40,383 bases of DNA from a virus (Duplodnaviria > Caudoviricetes): the IMG/VR virus record IMGVR_UViG_3300027874_000007, positions 1 through 40,383 of that record; one strand, given 5' to 3'. Positions 1 through 8,596 of the stretch are shown here, one piece after another; position 1 is the stretch's first letter; each line of letters opens with the position of its first letter. The notes below the pieces were generated by a model that saw nothing but the letters and a program-made list of their open reading frames with translations, was not told the DNA's origin and did no database searches. Position numbers and translations under genes: made by a program.

Positions 1-99
1 CGTAGTCGGGTCCGAGCTGCCGCTGGAGTTGTTGGCGAAGCTGCATCTCCTGATCGTTGAATTGCTGCGTCAGGAACGGATCGAAGTCGGCTTTCCCGG
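1..99. repeat. 99-bp terminal direct repeat, left copy (assembly overlap of a circular contig)
   Basis: 1-99 (cgtagtcgggtcc...ctttcccgg) is identical to 40285-40383, and an ORF reads continuously across the join. Confidence 0.97.
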
Positions 100-436
100 C
101 TTGGATGTCTTGGAGCTCCCGCTGCCAGCCCGCGATGATCTGCGGATTCGGGGCGATCATCTGCCCGTATTGTCCGAGCGTCCCCGCCGCCTGCCCGCCA
201 AACTGTGGGGTCAACTGCTGCTGCCCCCCGATATTGGTGAACACGTTGGGCAGTGCCCCCGTCGCCCCGGCGGCAATGATGTCTTGGTAGGGCTGGTTCA
301 GCTGCGATTCGATCGAGGGGTTATACTGGAGGCTATAGTCCGCTGCCGGGGCCGCGACGGGTGGCGGGGGCGGCGGCTGCGGCGTCTTCGGTGCCTTGCC
401 CTTCTTGCCTCCGCCTCCTGCCTTCCGCTTCGCCAT
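1..436 (-). CDS. Putative DNA ejection/internal virion protein, 5' part (continues at 40284-39764; 318 aa total)
   Basis: ATG at 436 overlaps the TGA of the upstream gene. MAKRKAGGGGKKGKAPKTPQPPP...DPFLTQQFNDQEMQLRQQ runs in frame into ORF 39764-40330. Q/G/A-rich, and located in the ejection cluster. Confidence 0.75.
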   Translation of the reverse strand, partial: MAKRKAGGGGKKGKAPKTPQPPPPPPVAAPAADYSLQYNPSIESQLNQPYQDIIAAGATGALPNVFTNIGGQQQLTPQFGGQAAGTLGQYGQMIAPNPQIIAGWQRELQDIQAGKADFDPFLTQQFNDQEMQLRQQLQRQLGPDY

Positions 437-1245
437 CAGTACCCCGTGGTTGTTGGTGTGTTGGTGGTGCTCATCGGCAACGATGGCGTCGTCGTCGGGG
501 TCAGGGTGCTCTGCGGCAGCGACACGTTCGAGGTCGTCGGAGTCGTCGGGAACAGCGAGCCACCCGTGGCGGCAGCCTGCGTGCCGTGGAGGTAGCCCAT
601 GATCTGCGCGAGGGTGGACTGCGCCGAAGGCCCGACATTCGCCATCGGCCCCGCATCCGTCTGCGAGGTGTTGCCCATCGAGATGTCATAGGTCGGTGCC
701 TGCGAGCCCGCCAAGTACATCTGCCGCTCGAGATCAGGGACGGCGGGCTGCGCTTTCTTCTGGCGGCGGAGCGCGTTCCGTTGCTGGCGGAGCGCCGCCT
801 TGTCCGGACCCTTCTTCATCACCGCCAGCTGCTTGTTCATGGCATTCAGCTGCTGGTTCCGCCCGACTGCCTGCTGATAGTTCGAGAGCGCCTGCGCGTA
901 GCTGGTCATCGGCGTCCCAGTGTCCGGCGTCCCGGCGGTGGTCCCGGCCGCGCCGCCTGCTCCGGTTGCCCCGCCCATGCCCGCGCCCGTCTGTCGGAGC
1001 GTCATCCCCGGCAGCATGCCGAGGAGGTAGGGCGTCATCTGGTTGTAGAGCGCCTGGCCTTGGAGCAGTTCCTGCCCGCCGCCAATCAGCTGATCTTGGG
1101 CGAGCTGGCGCAGGCGTAGCTCGTAGCCGGTCGCGGGCGGGAGCTTCGGGCGCTTGTACTTCTCGGAGGCGAGGATGTCCCCCACGCTCCCCATGATGCC
1201 GCCCAAGATGTTCAGGGCACCGCCGGTCGCTCCCATTCCTGCCAT
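436..1245 (-). CDS. Putative DNA ejection protein (P22 gp7-like position)
   Basis: Likely start is MAGMGATGGALNILGGIMGSVG after GGAGGAG. Gly-rich amphipathic N-terminus and Q/A-rich body; first of four large genes before the lysis cassette. Confidence 0.65.
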   Translation of the reverse strand: MAGMGATGGALNILGGIMGSVGDILASEKYKRPKLPPATGYELRLRQLAQDQLIGGGQELLQGQALYNQMTPYLLGMLPGMTLRQTGAGMGGATGAGGAAGTTAGTPDTGTPMTSYAQALSNYQQAVGRNQQLNAMNKQLAVMKKGPDKAALRQQRNALRRQKKAQPAVPDLERQMYLAGSQAPTYDISMGNTSQTDAGPMANVGPSAQSTLAQIMGYLHGTQAAATGGSLFPTTPTTSNVSLPQSTLTPTTTPSLPMSTTNTPTTTGY

Positions 1246-1249
1246 CGGG

Positions 1250-1549
1250 CTACTCCTCCGGTTGCTGCTGCAGGGGTGGGAAGCCGGGCGGTGGCGGCGG
1301 TGACTGCCACTGCGGCGGGGGCTGGTAGGTATTCGGCGGTGCAATCTGACGCACGGCTTGCAGCAGATTGTTCAGCACCTGCGCCCGCTGCCGTGCGGCC
1401 ATCTCCTCGCCTTGGAGCAAGCGGTTGAGAAAATTGTACCCGTCCCCCGAGAGCAGCACGTCCACCAAGAGGTTCGGCTGCTCCTGCGCCACCGCCTCGA
1501 GATACCCGAGGAGGAGGTTCCGCACCTGCGTCTTCTGCTCAGGCGTCAT
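1250..1549 (-). CDS. Hypothetical late protein (99 aa, Pro/Gln-rich C-terminus)
   Basis: Clean ORF in the operon, preceded by the GGCATAGAGG motif. Confidence 0.7.
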   Translation of the reverse strand: MTPEQKTQVRNLLLGYLEAVAQEQPNLLVDVLLSGDGYNFLNRLLQGEEMAARQRAQVLNNLLQAVRQIAPPNTYQPPPQWQSPPPPPGFPPLQQQPEE

Positions 1550-1555
1550 GCCTTC

Positions 1556-1565
1556 CCTCTATGCC
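1556..1565 (-). promoter_or_regulatory. GGCATAGAGG motif, copy 1
   Basis: Exact 10-mer, 6 nt before the ATG at 1549. Confidence 0.5.
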
Positions 1566-1774
1566 TAGTAGGTGCCGCTCGAGGTGGGACGTTTCTCCTT
1601 GGCGTGGAAGCCGGCGAGGGTCTGGGCGAGGCGGGCCCGCTGGCCCAGCTTGCCGCCCTTCCCTGCGGCCTTCGCGAGCTTCTTCTGGGGGATCTTCTGC
1701 CCCTGCGGCACGCCGAGCTGCTTATGGAGCGCTCCCGGATGCTTGATCGCGGATTTTATCCATCGTTCGGCCAT
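1565..1774 (-). CDS. Small basic conserved phage protein (WI..AIKHPGALH..LGV family)
   Basis: MAERWIKSAIKHPGALHKQLGVPQGQKIPQKKLAKAA...GQRARLAQTL resembles a recurrent uncharacterised phage family; AAGGAG RBS. Confidence 0.8.
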   Translation of the reverse strand: MAERWIKSAIKHPGALHKQLGVPQGQKIPQKKLAKAAGKGGKLGQRARLAQTLAGFHAKEKRPTSSGTY

Positions 1775-2169
1775 CGCCGTCTCTCCTTCCGTCGGTTGCA
1801 CGTCAAGTGTGCGAGGCGGAGGTTCTTGGCATCATCACCGCCACCTTGGCAGCGGGGAATGACGTGATCGACGCTCAGGCGCTCTCCTGCGAGGGGCGCG
1901 TTGCATATCCAGCATGCCGTGCCATCGCGTTCCATGAGCAAGGCGACGACCATGGTCCGATAGTGGAGGATTGACTGGCCGCGATGCCGACCCGTGCGCT
2001 GACGGTATGCCCGTTGCGCGGCTCGTATCCGGTCCCGGTGGAGGGCGTAGTAGGCAGCCTGATAGGCAGGATTCGGGCGGCCATCTTCGAGCCGTGGTGG
2101 CTCATCGATCCCGAGAGAGCCATAGGCAACTCGCGGTCGTGCGTCCGGTCCTCGTCTCCAGTTCGCCAT
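1756..2169 (-). CDS. HNH endonuclease (free-standing)
   Basis: RDGTACWIC...SVDHVIPRCQGGGDDAKNLRLAHLTCNRRK is a canonical HNH with a CxxC motif. Confidence 0.92.
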   Translation of the reverse strand: MANWRRGPDARPRVAYGSLGIDEPPRLEDGRPNPAYQAAYYALHRDRIRAAQRAYRQRTGRHRGQSILHYRTMVVALLMERDGTACWICNAPLAGERLSVDHVIPRCQGGGDDAKNLRLAHLTCNRRKERRRWPNDG

Positions 2170-2170
2170 G

Positions 2171-2455
2171 TCAGTATCCTCCGGTAAGGTCCGGCTTCTT
2201 GACCGGCATCTGGAGCGCCCCGATGCCGCCGAGGCCGCCCGGGCTAGTCTTCACCGGCTTCGGCCGCGGTGCCGGGGCCGCCATCTTGGGTGGCTTCGGC
2301 ATCCCCGGTTGCTTCGGTGGCTTCGGCTCCTTCACTTTGCTTGCGAAGTCCGCGAGCTTCGATGCCGAGAGCCCGGTCTTCGTCGCGAGCCCGGCGCGCT
2401 TGCGGCCTAACTCCGCTCCAAAGAAGCGCCGTTGTCTGGGGGTGACGCTGGGCAT
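2171..2455 (-). CDS. Small basic Lys/Pro-rich phage protein
   Basis: MPSVTPRQRRFFGAELGRKRAG start after an AAGGAGGAG RBS; similar to the MPxxSxxQxRF small phage proteins. Confidence 0.75.
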   Translation of the reverse strand: MPSVTPRQRRFFGAELGRKRAGLATKTGLSASKLADFASKVKEPKPPKQPGMPKPPKMAAPAPRPKPVKTSPGGLGGIGALQMPVKKPDLTGGY

Positions 2456-2642
2456 GGCTTGGCTCCTCCTTTCCATCGGTGGCGAGCACGTCATGGAGGA
2501 CGGCGATCGCCCCGTCGAGTTGCTGGCAGGCTTGCTCCGTCATGCGGACCGCCGCTTGATACTCGACCAAGTGCCGTTGCTGCGCGCCGCGCTGCTCCTG
2601 CAGGTTCCGCAGCCGCTCCTCGAGCTGTTCGCGCTCGATCAT
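2244..2642 (-). CDS. Coiled-coil protein following the tail fibre (possible fibre assembly helper)
   Basis: ATGA-coupled to the fibre gene. Heptad-like N-terminal ~55 aa; the 3' part overlaps the next gene. Confidence 0.6.
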   Translation of the reverse strand: MIEREQLEERLRNLQEQRGAQQRHLVEYQAAVRMTEQACQQLDGAIAVLHDVLATDGKEEPSHAQRHPQTTALLWSGVRPQARRARDEDRALGIEARGLRKQSEGAEATEATGDAEATQDGGPGTAAEAGED

Positions 2643-3967
2643 GCTGCGGCTCCTTCGAGGGCACTGACGCGTGCGGCGAGATCCTTCACCGCGTTGACGA
2701 GTGCGACGAGGATCGGGTGCATGTCGAACGTGAGCACGCCGGGCGTCGGCTCCTCGTCGGCGGGGTCAAGTTTCATGCTGGTTTCACTGACGCATTCGGG
2801 GAAGACGTCGCGCACTTTCTCGGCATCGAACCCGTAGCAGAGCGGGCCATCGGGCTGCGCTTTCAGCCGGTACGTGATCGGTTCGAGTTGCGCGATCTCC
2901 GCGAGGCCGGCGGCGTACGGGGCGATGTCCTGCTTGAGTCGCGGGTCAGAGGGGTTCGCCCACGTCGTGCCGCTCGCCTTCTGGCCCGTGGGACCGGTGA
3001 TGAAGAGGCTCCCCGCACTGTCAAAGTAGGCGAAGCTCCCGGTCACCGTCGTGGAGCCGATCGGAGTCATGTAGGCCACCCAGCGCGTCCCCCGCGCGCT
3101 CGCCGTCCAGTTTTCCGTGGCTTCCGCGCGCCAGATCGCTTGCTCGCTAAAGGTCGCACCCGATCCCACGCCGCTGCCGGTGAACGTCGCGAGCACATCG
3201 CCACTCAGGGTTGGTGACGGGGAGGCCAACGTGCCGCGCGCTTGACGCCCCGCGACCTTGCCACCGGCACTCGTCCCGATCCCCGTGATGGAGACGACGG
3301 GGGACCCGCCATCGATGCCGGGCACAGAGAGGTTGCCTGCGTTATCGATCGCGAGGAGCGTCGGCCACGTACTGCCGCCCGCCGCCTTCCGGAAGATGCC
3401 GAAGGTGTCGCCGGTCGCGTTGAACGACATGGCCCAGCTGGGTTTCGTCGCGTCGTCTTGCGCATCAGCATCGGTACGGTTGTAGGACCACTCCGCGACG
3501 TTGGTGCTCCACAGCCGATGGCGCGCCTTTGCCGTCGTCGCGCCGCCGATCAGGTAGCTCGCCGTCGTGCCACCCGGCACCGCCGCGCTCTTGGTCGCAT
3601 CGGTCGGCGTCAGCGTCGCGCCCGACACCGACCACGGCAGCGCGCTCCAGACGGCATCCGTGCCGTTCGATTGCAGCGCCGTATTGGCCGCTCCGAGTGC
3701 CACGCGCGTGAGCGCCGGCGTCCCGTTGGCCACCAAGATGTCCCCACGCGCGAGCGGGGTTGTCGTGCCCACGGCCGCACCCGCGAGCTTCGCGATCGTC
3801 GGATTCGGATAGGTGCCCGTCAGATCGCCGCCTGCGGGCCCGCTGGGGGGCGCGCTCCCCACGGGAACGACGGCCCAGACGACGCCATCCCACTGATAGG
3901 TCGCGCCGTTCGGGGCTGCGTACTGCTGCCCATTCGTCGGACTGTTGGGGAAATCGAGCGCGGCCAT
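2639..3967 (-). CDS. Tail fibre with C-terminal intramolecular chaperone (Peptidase S74)
   Basis: Start MAALDFPNSPTNGQQY; GPAGGDLTGTYPNPTI motif; C-terminal SDPRLKQDI...LEPITYRLK...GFDAEKVRDVFPECV...LVNAVKDLAARVSALE. Confidence 0.9.
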   Translation of the reverse strand: MAALDFPNSPTNGQQYAAPNGATYQWDGVVWAVVPVGSAPPSGPAGGDLTGTYPNPTIAKLAGAAVGTTTPLARGDILVANGTPALTRVALGAANTALQSNGTDAVWSALPWSVSGATLTPTDATKSAAVPGGTTASYLIGGATTAKARHRLWSTNVAEWSYNRTDADAQDDATKPSWAMSFNATGDTFGIFRKAAGGSTWPTLLAIDNAGNLSVPGIDGGSPVVSITGIGTSAGGKVAGRQARGTLASPSPTLSGDVLATFTGSGVGSGATFSEQAIWRAEATENWTASARGTRWVAYMTPIGSTTVTGSFAYFDSAGSLFITGPTGQKASGTTWANPSDPRLKQDIAPYAAGLAEIAQLEPITYRLKAQPDGPLCYGFDAEKVRDVFPECVSETSMKLDPADEEPTPGVLTFDMHPILVALVNAVKDLAARVSALEGAAA

Positions 3968-4173
3968 CACACCCCCCGTGCGGAGGCAGCGACCCATTGC
4001 TGGGAGGTGCCGTCATCGTAGTAGACATAAAGCTGGCCGTCGGGATCGCTCCGCCACCAGAGTTGGCCCACTTGCGGATTCGTCGGTGCCGTCGGACCGA
4101 TCACCAGCGTCATCGATTGGGTCAGCATCGGGGCCAGCGCGGGATGCGCGAAGAGGGGGCGGGCCATCGTCAC
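3967..4173 (-). CDS. Small tail-fibre-associated protein (APTNPQVGQLWWRSD repeat)
   Basis: GPTAPTNPQVGQLWWRSDPDGQLYVYYDDGTSQQWV; paralogous to the adjacent gene. Confidence 0.75.
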   Translation of the reverse strand: MTMARPLFAHPALAPMLTQSMTLVIGPTAPTNPQVGQLWWRSDPDGQLYVYYDDGTSQQWVAASARGV

Positions 4174-4174
4174 C

Positions 4175-4447
4175 TCATCCCAGATTCACGGGGACCCATT
4201 GCTTGGAGTTCCCGTCATCGTAGTAGATGTAAAGCTTGCCGCTGTCGCTCCGCCACCAGAGCTGCCCGACGGTCGGGGTCGTCGGCGCGGTCGTGCCGAT
4301 CGAGGCGAGCCCGACTCTGTTCCAGGTCGTCCCGTCCGAGCCGTAGAGCGCTTTCTCTCCGGTGTTCCAGTACGTATCCCCCGCCGCGCCGGCCGCAGGG
4401 GCGCTCGCGTAGGGGGCGGCATTGGTGATGCCATAGTCGCGCGCCAT
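4175..4447 (-). CDS. Small tail-fibre-associated protein with two fibre repeats
   Basis: GDTYWNTGEKALYGSDGTTW and GTTAPTTPTVGQLWWRSDSGKLYIYYDDGNSKQWV. Confidence 0.8.
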   Translation of the reverse strand: MARDYGITNAAPYASAPAAGAAGDTYWNTGEKALYGSDGTTWNRVGLASIGTTAPTTPTVGQLWWRSDSGKLYIYYDDGNSKQWVPVNLG

Positions 4448-5686
4448 TTAGCCCACCACCACCACCCGGTAGCCCGCCCCGAGATTCGGGTTGTAGCGGA
4501 TCGTCACGGTGTTCACGGTGGCGGCGTCCCAGTCGACCATGACCGCGGTGTACGGCGTCGCGCCGTTGTAGACCGACACCTGCACGTCGCGCGTGTTCAG
4601 GTTGTGGGTGACGGTCTCCGGCGACGCGGTCCCCGTTAAGGCAGCGGCGAATTTCTTCGCCATCCCGGTGACGGCGGTGTTCACGTAGGCTTGCGTCGCG
4701 ATGACCGTGGTGTCGACCGCCGTCGTGCCCGCGCTGACGACGATCCCGGTGCCGGCGCCCACGGCAAAGACGTTGCCGGTGAGCGTCAAGCCGTTGCCCG
4801 CGCTGTACGAGCCAGGACCGCCGAACTGCGTCCAAGTGAGCGCCGTTGTCCCGATCGTGATCGGGAGGTTGGTCGTCATCACCCACGCGGTGTCGCTCTG
4901 GGTCGTGCCCTCGGAGACGAAGACTGCCGCATTCAGGATGTCGTTCGCGGCGGCAGCGTCCGTCGAGCGCGTCCATGCACCGGAGGCGGCGACATAGATC
5001 CCATTCTCGGCCGGGGCGGTCTGGTTCTTCAGCAGCACGCGGTCGCCCGCCGCGACGGTCACGCCATCGACCGCAATCAGCCCCCCCGTCGCGATGACGA
5101 CGTTTGCCGTCGAGGCGACGCGGACGGCATCCTTCCAAGCGAGGCCGTTGATGGCGGCATCGACGTAGCCCTTCGTCGAGGCGTCCGTGGCAGCGGTCGG
5201 CGTCCCGAGGTTGGTTAGCTTGAAGCCGCCCCAGGAGACGTCTGCGGTCGGGGGCGCGAGGGCGGAGTGGTTGATGGCGGAGTGGTCCGCGTTGAGATGG
5301 GTCGGCGTGCCGTGCGTGTGGTCCGAGTGCGGCACCGTCACCGCCGAGCCGGTGGCGGAGGCCGCGCCGAATGCCGTCTGGGCGGTGACGGCCCCAAACG
5401 TCGGCATGCCATGCTTGTGATCCTCGCGGGCGAAGTTGGTCAGGGTCCCGACGACCGGGGCGTCCCCGATCGCCTGCGTCGTCACGGTCGTCGCCGGGGT
5501 GGCACCCGCGCCTGCCTTCGCCGCTTGCCACGTCGTGCCGTCGTACCAGTACAGCGTGTTGGCGGTCGTGTCGAAATACATGAGCCCCTTCACCGGGGAC
5601 GCCGGTGCGGAGCCCAAGTTTTGCATCACTGCGTTGCGGAGCTCGTTTTTGACGAGGTCAACGAAACCGTAGATGGTCGGCATCAC
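4448..5686 (-). CDS. Tail fibre / virion structural protein
   Basis: TNLGTPTAATDASTKGYVD, GLAWKDAVRVAST, DGVTVAAGDRVLLKNQTAPAENGIYV and VTHNLNTRDV are motifs common in phage fibre proteins. Confidence 0.85.
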   Translation of the reverse strand: MMPTIYGFVDLVKNELRNAVMQNLGSAPASPVKGLMYFDTTANTLYWYDGTTWQAAKAGAGATPATTVTTQAIGDAPVVGTLTNFAREDHKHGMPTFGAVTAQTAFGAASATGSAVTVPHSDHTHGTPTHLNADHSAINHSALAPPTADVSWGGFKLTNLGTPTAATDASTKGYVDAAINGLAWKDAVRVASTANVVIATGGLIAVDGVTVAAGDRVLLKNQTAPAENGIYVAASGAWTRSTDAAAANDILNAAVFVSEGTTQSDTAWVMTTNLPITIGTTALTWTQFGGPGSYSAGNGLTLTGNVFAVGAGTGIVVSAGTTAVDTTVIATQAYVNTAVTGMAKKFAAALTGTASPETVTHNLNTRDVQVSVYNGATPYTAVMVDWDAATVNTVTIRYNPNLGAGYRVVVVG

Positions 5687-5693
5687 ATCCCCC

Positions 5694-6068
5694 CTAGCTC
5701 AGGTACGCCTCACCACCGACCGCTGCCGAGAATGTCAACGTGACCGTCGTCGCATTCGGGTAGTTCACGTCCCCCGGGATGATCTCGCGGCCCGTCGAGT
5801 CTACCGCCGTCACGTTGGGCCGGAAGGACAAGCTGTGCGTGATCGTCCACGTCGGTGCCGCGGATGCCTGCACGTAGCGGTATCCCAGCGACGCTGGCGA
5901 CCCCGCCGGAGGATCAGCCCAGACCGTGTCATAGTCCGTGCCCGATGCCTTCTCGAGCACCTGACCCACCGTGCCCCCTGCGGGGACGCCTGGGCCAGTC
6001 GGCCCCTGCGCGCCGCCCGTGGCGGGCTCCCGCCAGACCATCTGATGCGAAAAGAGCGGGCGCGGCAT
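5694..6068 (-). CDS. Small fibre-like structural protein
   Basis: GPTGPGVPAGGTVGQVLEKASGTDYDTVW plus YVQASAAPTWTITHSLSFRPNVTAVD. Confidence 0.8.
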   Translation of the reverse strand: MPRPLFSHQMVWREPATGGAQGPTGPGVPAGGTVGQVLEKASGTDYDTVWADPPAGSPASLGYRYVQASAAPTWTITHSLSFRPNVTAVDSTGREIIPGDVNYPNATTVTLTFSAAVGGEAYLS

Positions 6069-8596
6069 CAGGATTTCCGCGACTGGTCGGTGCCCGTCGG
6101 GGCGTAGTAGACGACGAGCCCGATCAACGGCACGTCCCCGACGACACTGCCATCCGTCGTGATGTCTCCGGAGAGCGAATAGCCGTCACCGCACTGGAGT
6201 GGTTGCAGACGGCGGCGGTTCGGCCCCTGCGGATAGCGGAGTGTCTGGCGATAGACGCCATCGACGTTGATCGTCATCGCCACGGGATGATTCGTGTTCT
6301 CCGTCGCCTGCGCGATCATCTCGAGCGCACGGAAGGATTTCCGGACGGCGCGGTTCGGGGGCTGCGCGTCCCCGTAATCGAGCTCCGGGAGCGAGATGCG
6401 CGTCGCCACCCCGCGCGGAGTATCGGCATTCGCCACGAAATCCCGGTCGGTACGTCGCCCATATGTCTGCGGCTCGACGAACCACGCATTGCCGTATTCC
6501 CCGATCACCACGGCTTGCCGCCCGGTGAAATCCCGATGCTTCAAGCAGAACGCGTTCGGCACCCACATGCGCGCCGTCGTCATCCGCATCGGGCCCCCCT
6601 GCGGGACGAGGGAGAAATCCCACCGGATGACGAGATCATTGTCGGCAGGCGTCTGCGCGGAGGCACTGGCGCTCCGGAGCCCGAACCACGCCGTCTTGGT
6701 CGCGGTGTCGTACACCGAGACGAGGGTGTTCAGGGTGCCAATGTTGACGTTCTGCTGCGTCCACGTGTGGAGTCCCAGCGCCCGGGTGATGTCGGAATCC
6801 CGTGTGCCGCCGAGACTCGCGACTGCGGAGAGCAAGTGAAAGTGGCCCTCTGCGTCACAGAAAATCACGTCGTCATCCACGGCGAGGACGGCATACGGAC
6901 TCGGCGCGCATCCCAGCGCCGTGGAGCGCGTGCGATAGCTCCACTGGAGGCGATCCGTGGGCGTGTCATCCACGTAGAAGATCCCGTAGGGGTATTTCCA
7001 GAGGTAGAGGACACCTTGATACTGCGCGGCACCGTAGAGCCGCCGCCCGATGTTCGAGGCGACGCGGATGCTCATGTAGGGGACGGCAGGTGCCGCCGTC
7101 GTCTGGAAATCCTCGTGATCGGCGGGGGTCGACCAGTAGATCCGGTGCGGATCATTCAGGTTCCCGAAGATGACGAGCGAGTCCTGATGCACGATCCCGT
7201 TGAGGGGTTGCTTGCTGGCGTCCTGCGTGGTCCCCCAGTCCGCAGCGGGCTTCGCGATGGGGGCCGCTGTCTGCCCGTCGCCGGGAAGAACTTGGACCGG
7301 ATCGACGCCGTTCAGATAGAACAGCTTCCGCAGCCGTGACGCATCCTCCTTGCCGCCGACGACAAAGCGCCCGGGACGCACCATCGCCAGCGGATAGTTT
7401 GCCCAGATAGCATCTAGGTTGCCGTGGGCCCCCAGTGCCCCGCGCGTCGGATCTTCCTTCAGGATGTAGCCGCCTGCGGGCGAGAATTGCTCGATGTTCG
7501 CGACGGTGATGAGGACGGGGCCCGCACGGCGGGTGACGCTCGCCACGGTCTGGTTCGTCGCGAACGGCGTCACCGTGGAGATCTGCGTGCTGGACGGAAA
7601 ATCCTTGACCACCTGCGACTCACCGCCGACGATGATGATGTCCCCGGGACGGAACGCGTTCACCGTGTTCACTTGGGTCGTGATGATGTTCGACCCTGCC
7701 ACGACCGTCGTGCTGCCCGAGATCGCAGAGGTGTCGTCAGGAACCCACTCGATCTGCGCCGCGATGTGCGCGGATGCCCACCAGACATTCGAGGTGAGGG
7801 CCGCGAGCCGATGTGCGCCTGAGTTGACCGTGGCGCGATTCGTCCATCGGAATGTGCTCGTATAATCCGGCGTGACGGTGGACGAACTGGACGCAGCGAG
7901 CGCGATGCCGATGAGGGGGTAGGACTGCGACATCCCGCTGATGCTGGAGGTGGTCGATCCCGTCGATGAGGCGCTCTCGTTCTCGCGAACGGTGAGCGGC
8001 ACCTTCACATCGCTGGTGCTGGTGGAGATGATGTTGACGTTGGCGGTGCCTGGCGAGAACGTGATCGTCACCGTGTCCCCGGATTGGATCTGCTGCGTGA
8101 TCACGGCACCCCAGATCTGCCCGTGCAGCCCGGATGCCTGCGTCACCTCCGTCAGAAGCGTGTACGTGTTGCCTCGCGAGTCCGTGATGCTTGTCGCCCC
8201 GCCGGTCAGCGCCGAGATGCGAACGGCGTGCAAGCATCCCACGGCGACGATGGAGGCGAACGGCGCGGAGACCCATGGGGAGGTGACGGTGCCAGCGATC
8301 CCGGTCAGCAGGCGTGTCCCGAAATACTGGGACGTGGGGAGCGCGTCCACGAACACCATCGCGATGATCGACGGAGCGCCAGCTGTCGTCGGAGTCCATG
8401 CCACTTGGAGCGGAAGGGAATCGATCCCCTGCGGGTCGTAGTACGTCGCGGCGGGCTCCTTGTTGATCAGATCGTTCTCCACCACCACGTTCTCACCGAT
8501 CAGGATCTCGCCAGCTTTCGCCCGCCAGCGGTTCGGGTGCGACACCATCCCCGCCGTGCCGAACGGGACCAGATAGGCCGTGCCCTGCTGCGGCAT
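6068..8596 (-). CDS. Tail nozzle / DNA stabilisation protein (P22 gp10 / T7 gp12-like)
   Basis: 842 aa, beta-rich propeller-like repeats (HQDSLVIFG..DPHRIYWS, GCAPSPYAV); follows the adaptor gene. Confidence 0.7.
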   Translation of the reverse strand: MPQQGTAYLVPFGTAGMVSHPNRWRAKAGEILIGENVVVENDLINKEPAATYYDPQGIDSLPLQVAWTPTTAGAPSIIAMVFVDALPTSQYFGTRLLTGIAGTVTSPWVSAPFASIVAVGCLHAVRISALTGGATSITDSRGNTYTLLTEVTQASGLHGQIWGAVITQQIQSGDTVTITFSPGTANVNIISTSTSDVKVPLTVRENESASSTGSTTSSISGMSQSYPLIGIALAASSSSTVTPDYTSTFRWTNRATVNSGAHRLAALTSNVWWASAHIAAQIEWVPDDTSAISGSTTVVAGSNIITTQVNTVNAFRPGDIIIVGGESQVVKDFPSSTQISTVTPFATNQTVASVTRRAGPVLITVANIEQFSPAGGYILKEDPTRGALGAHGNLDAIWANYPLAMVRPGRFVVGGKEDASRLRKLFYLNGVDPVQVLPGDGQTAAPIAKPAADWGTTQDASKQPLNGIVHQDSLVIFGNLNDPHRIYWSTPADHEDFQTTAAPAVPYMSIRVASNIGRRLYGAAQYQGVLYLWKYPYGIFYVDDTPTDRLQWSYRTRSTALGCAPSPYAVLAVDDDVIFCDAEGHFHLLSAVASLGGTRDSDITRALGLHTWTQQNVNIGTLNTLVSVYDTATKTAWFGLRSASASAQTPADNDLVIRWDFSLVPQGGPMRMTTARMWVPNAFCLKHRDFTGRQAVVIGEYGNAWFVEPQTYGRRTDRDFVANADTPRGVATRISLPELDYGDAQPPNRAVRKSFRALEMIAQATENTNHPVAMTINVDGVYRQTLRYPQGPNRRRLQPLQCGDGYSLSGDITTDGSVVGDVPLIGLVVYYAPTGTDQSRKS

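Noticed and set aside
1-99. Biological terminal repeat (T7-like)
   Set aside because: It is exactly 99 bp and falls mid-gene, which fits an assembler k-mer overlap better.
3990-4280. Diversity-generating retroelement TR/VR pair
   Set aside because: Both copies are coding, differences are not confined to adenines, and no reverse transcriptase is present.
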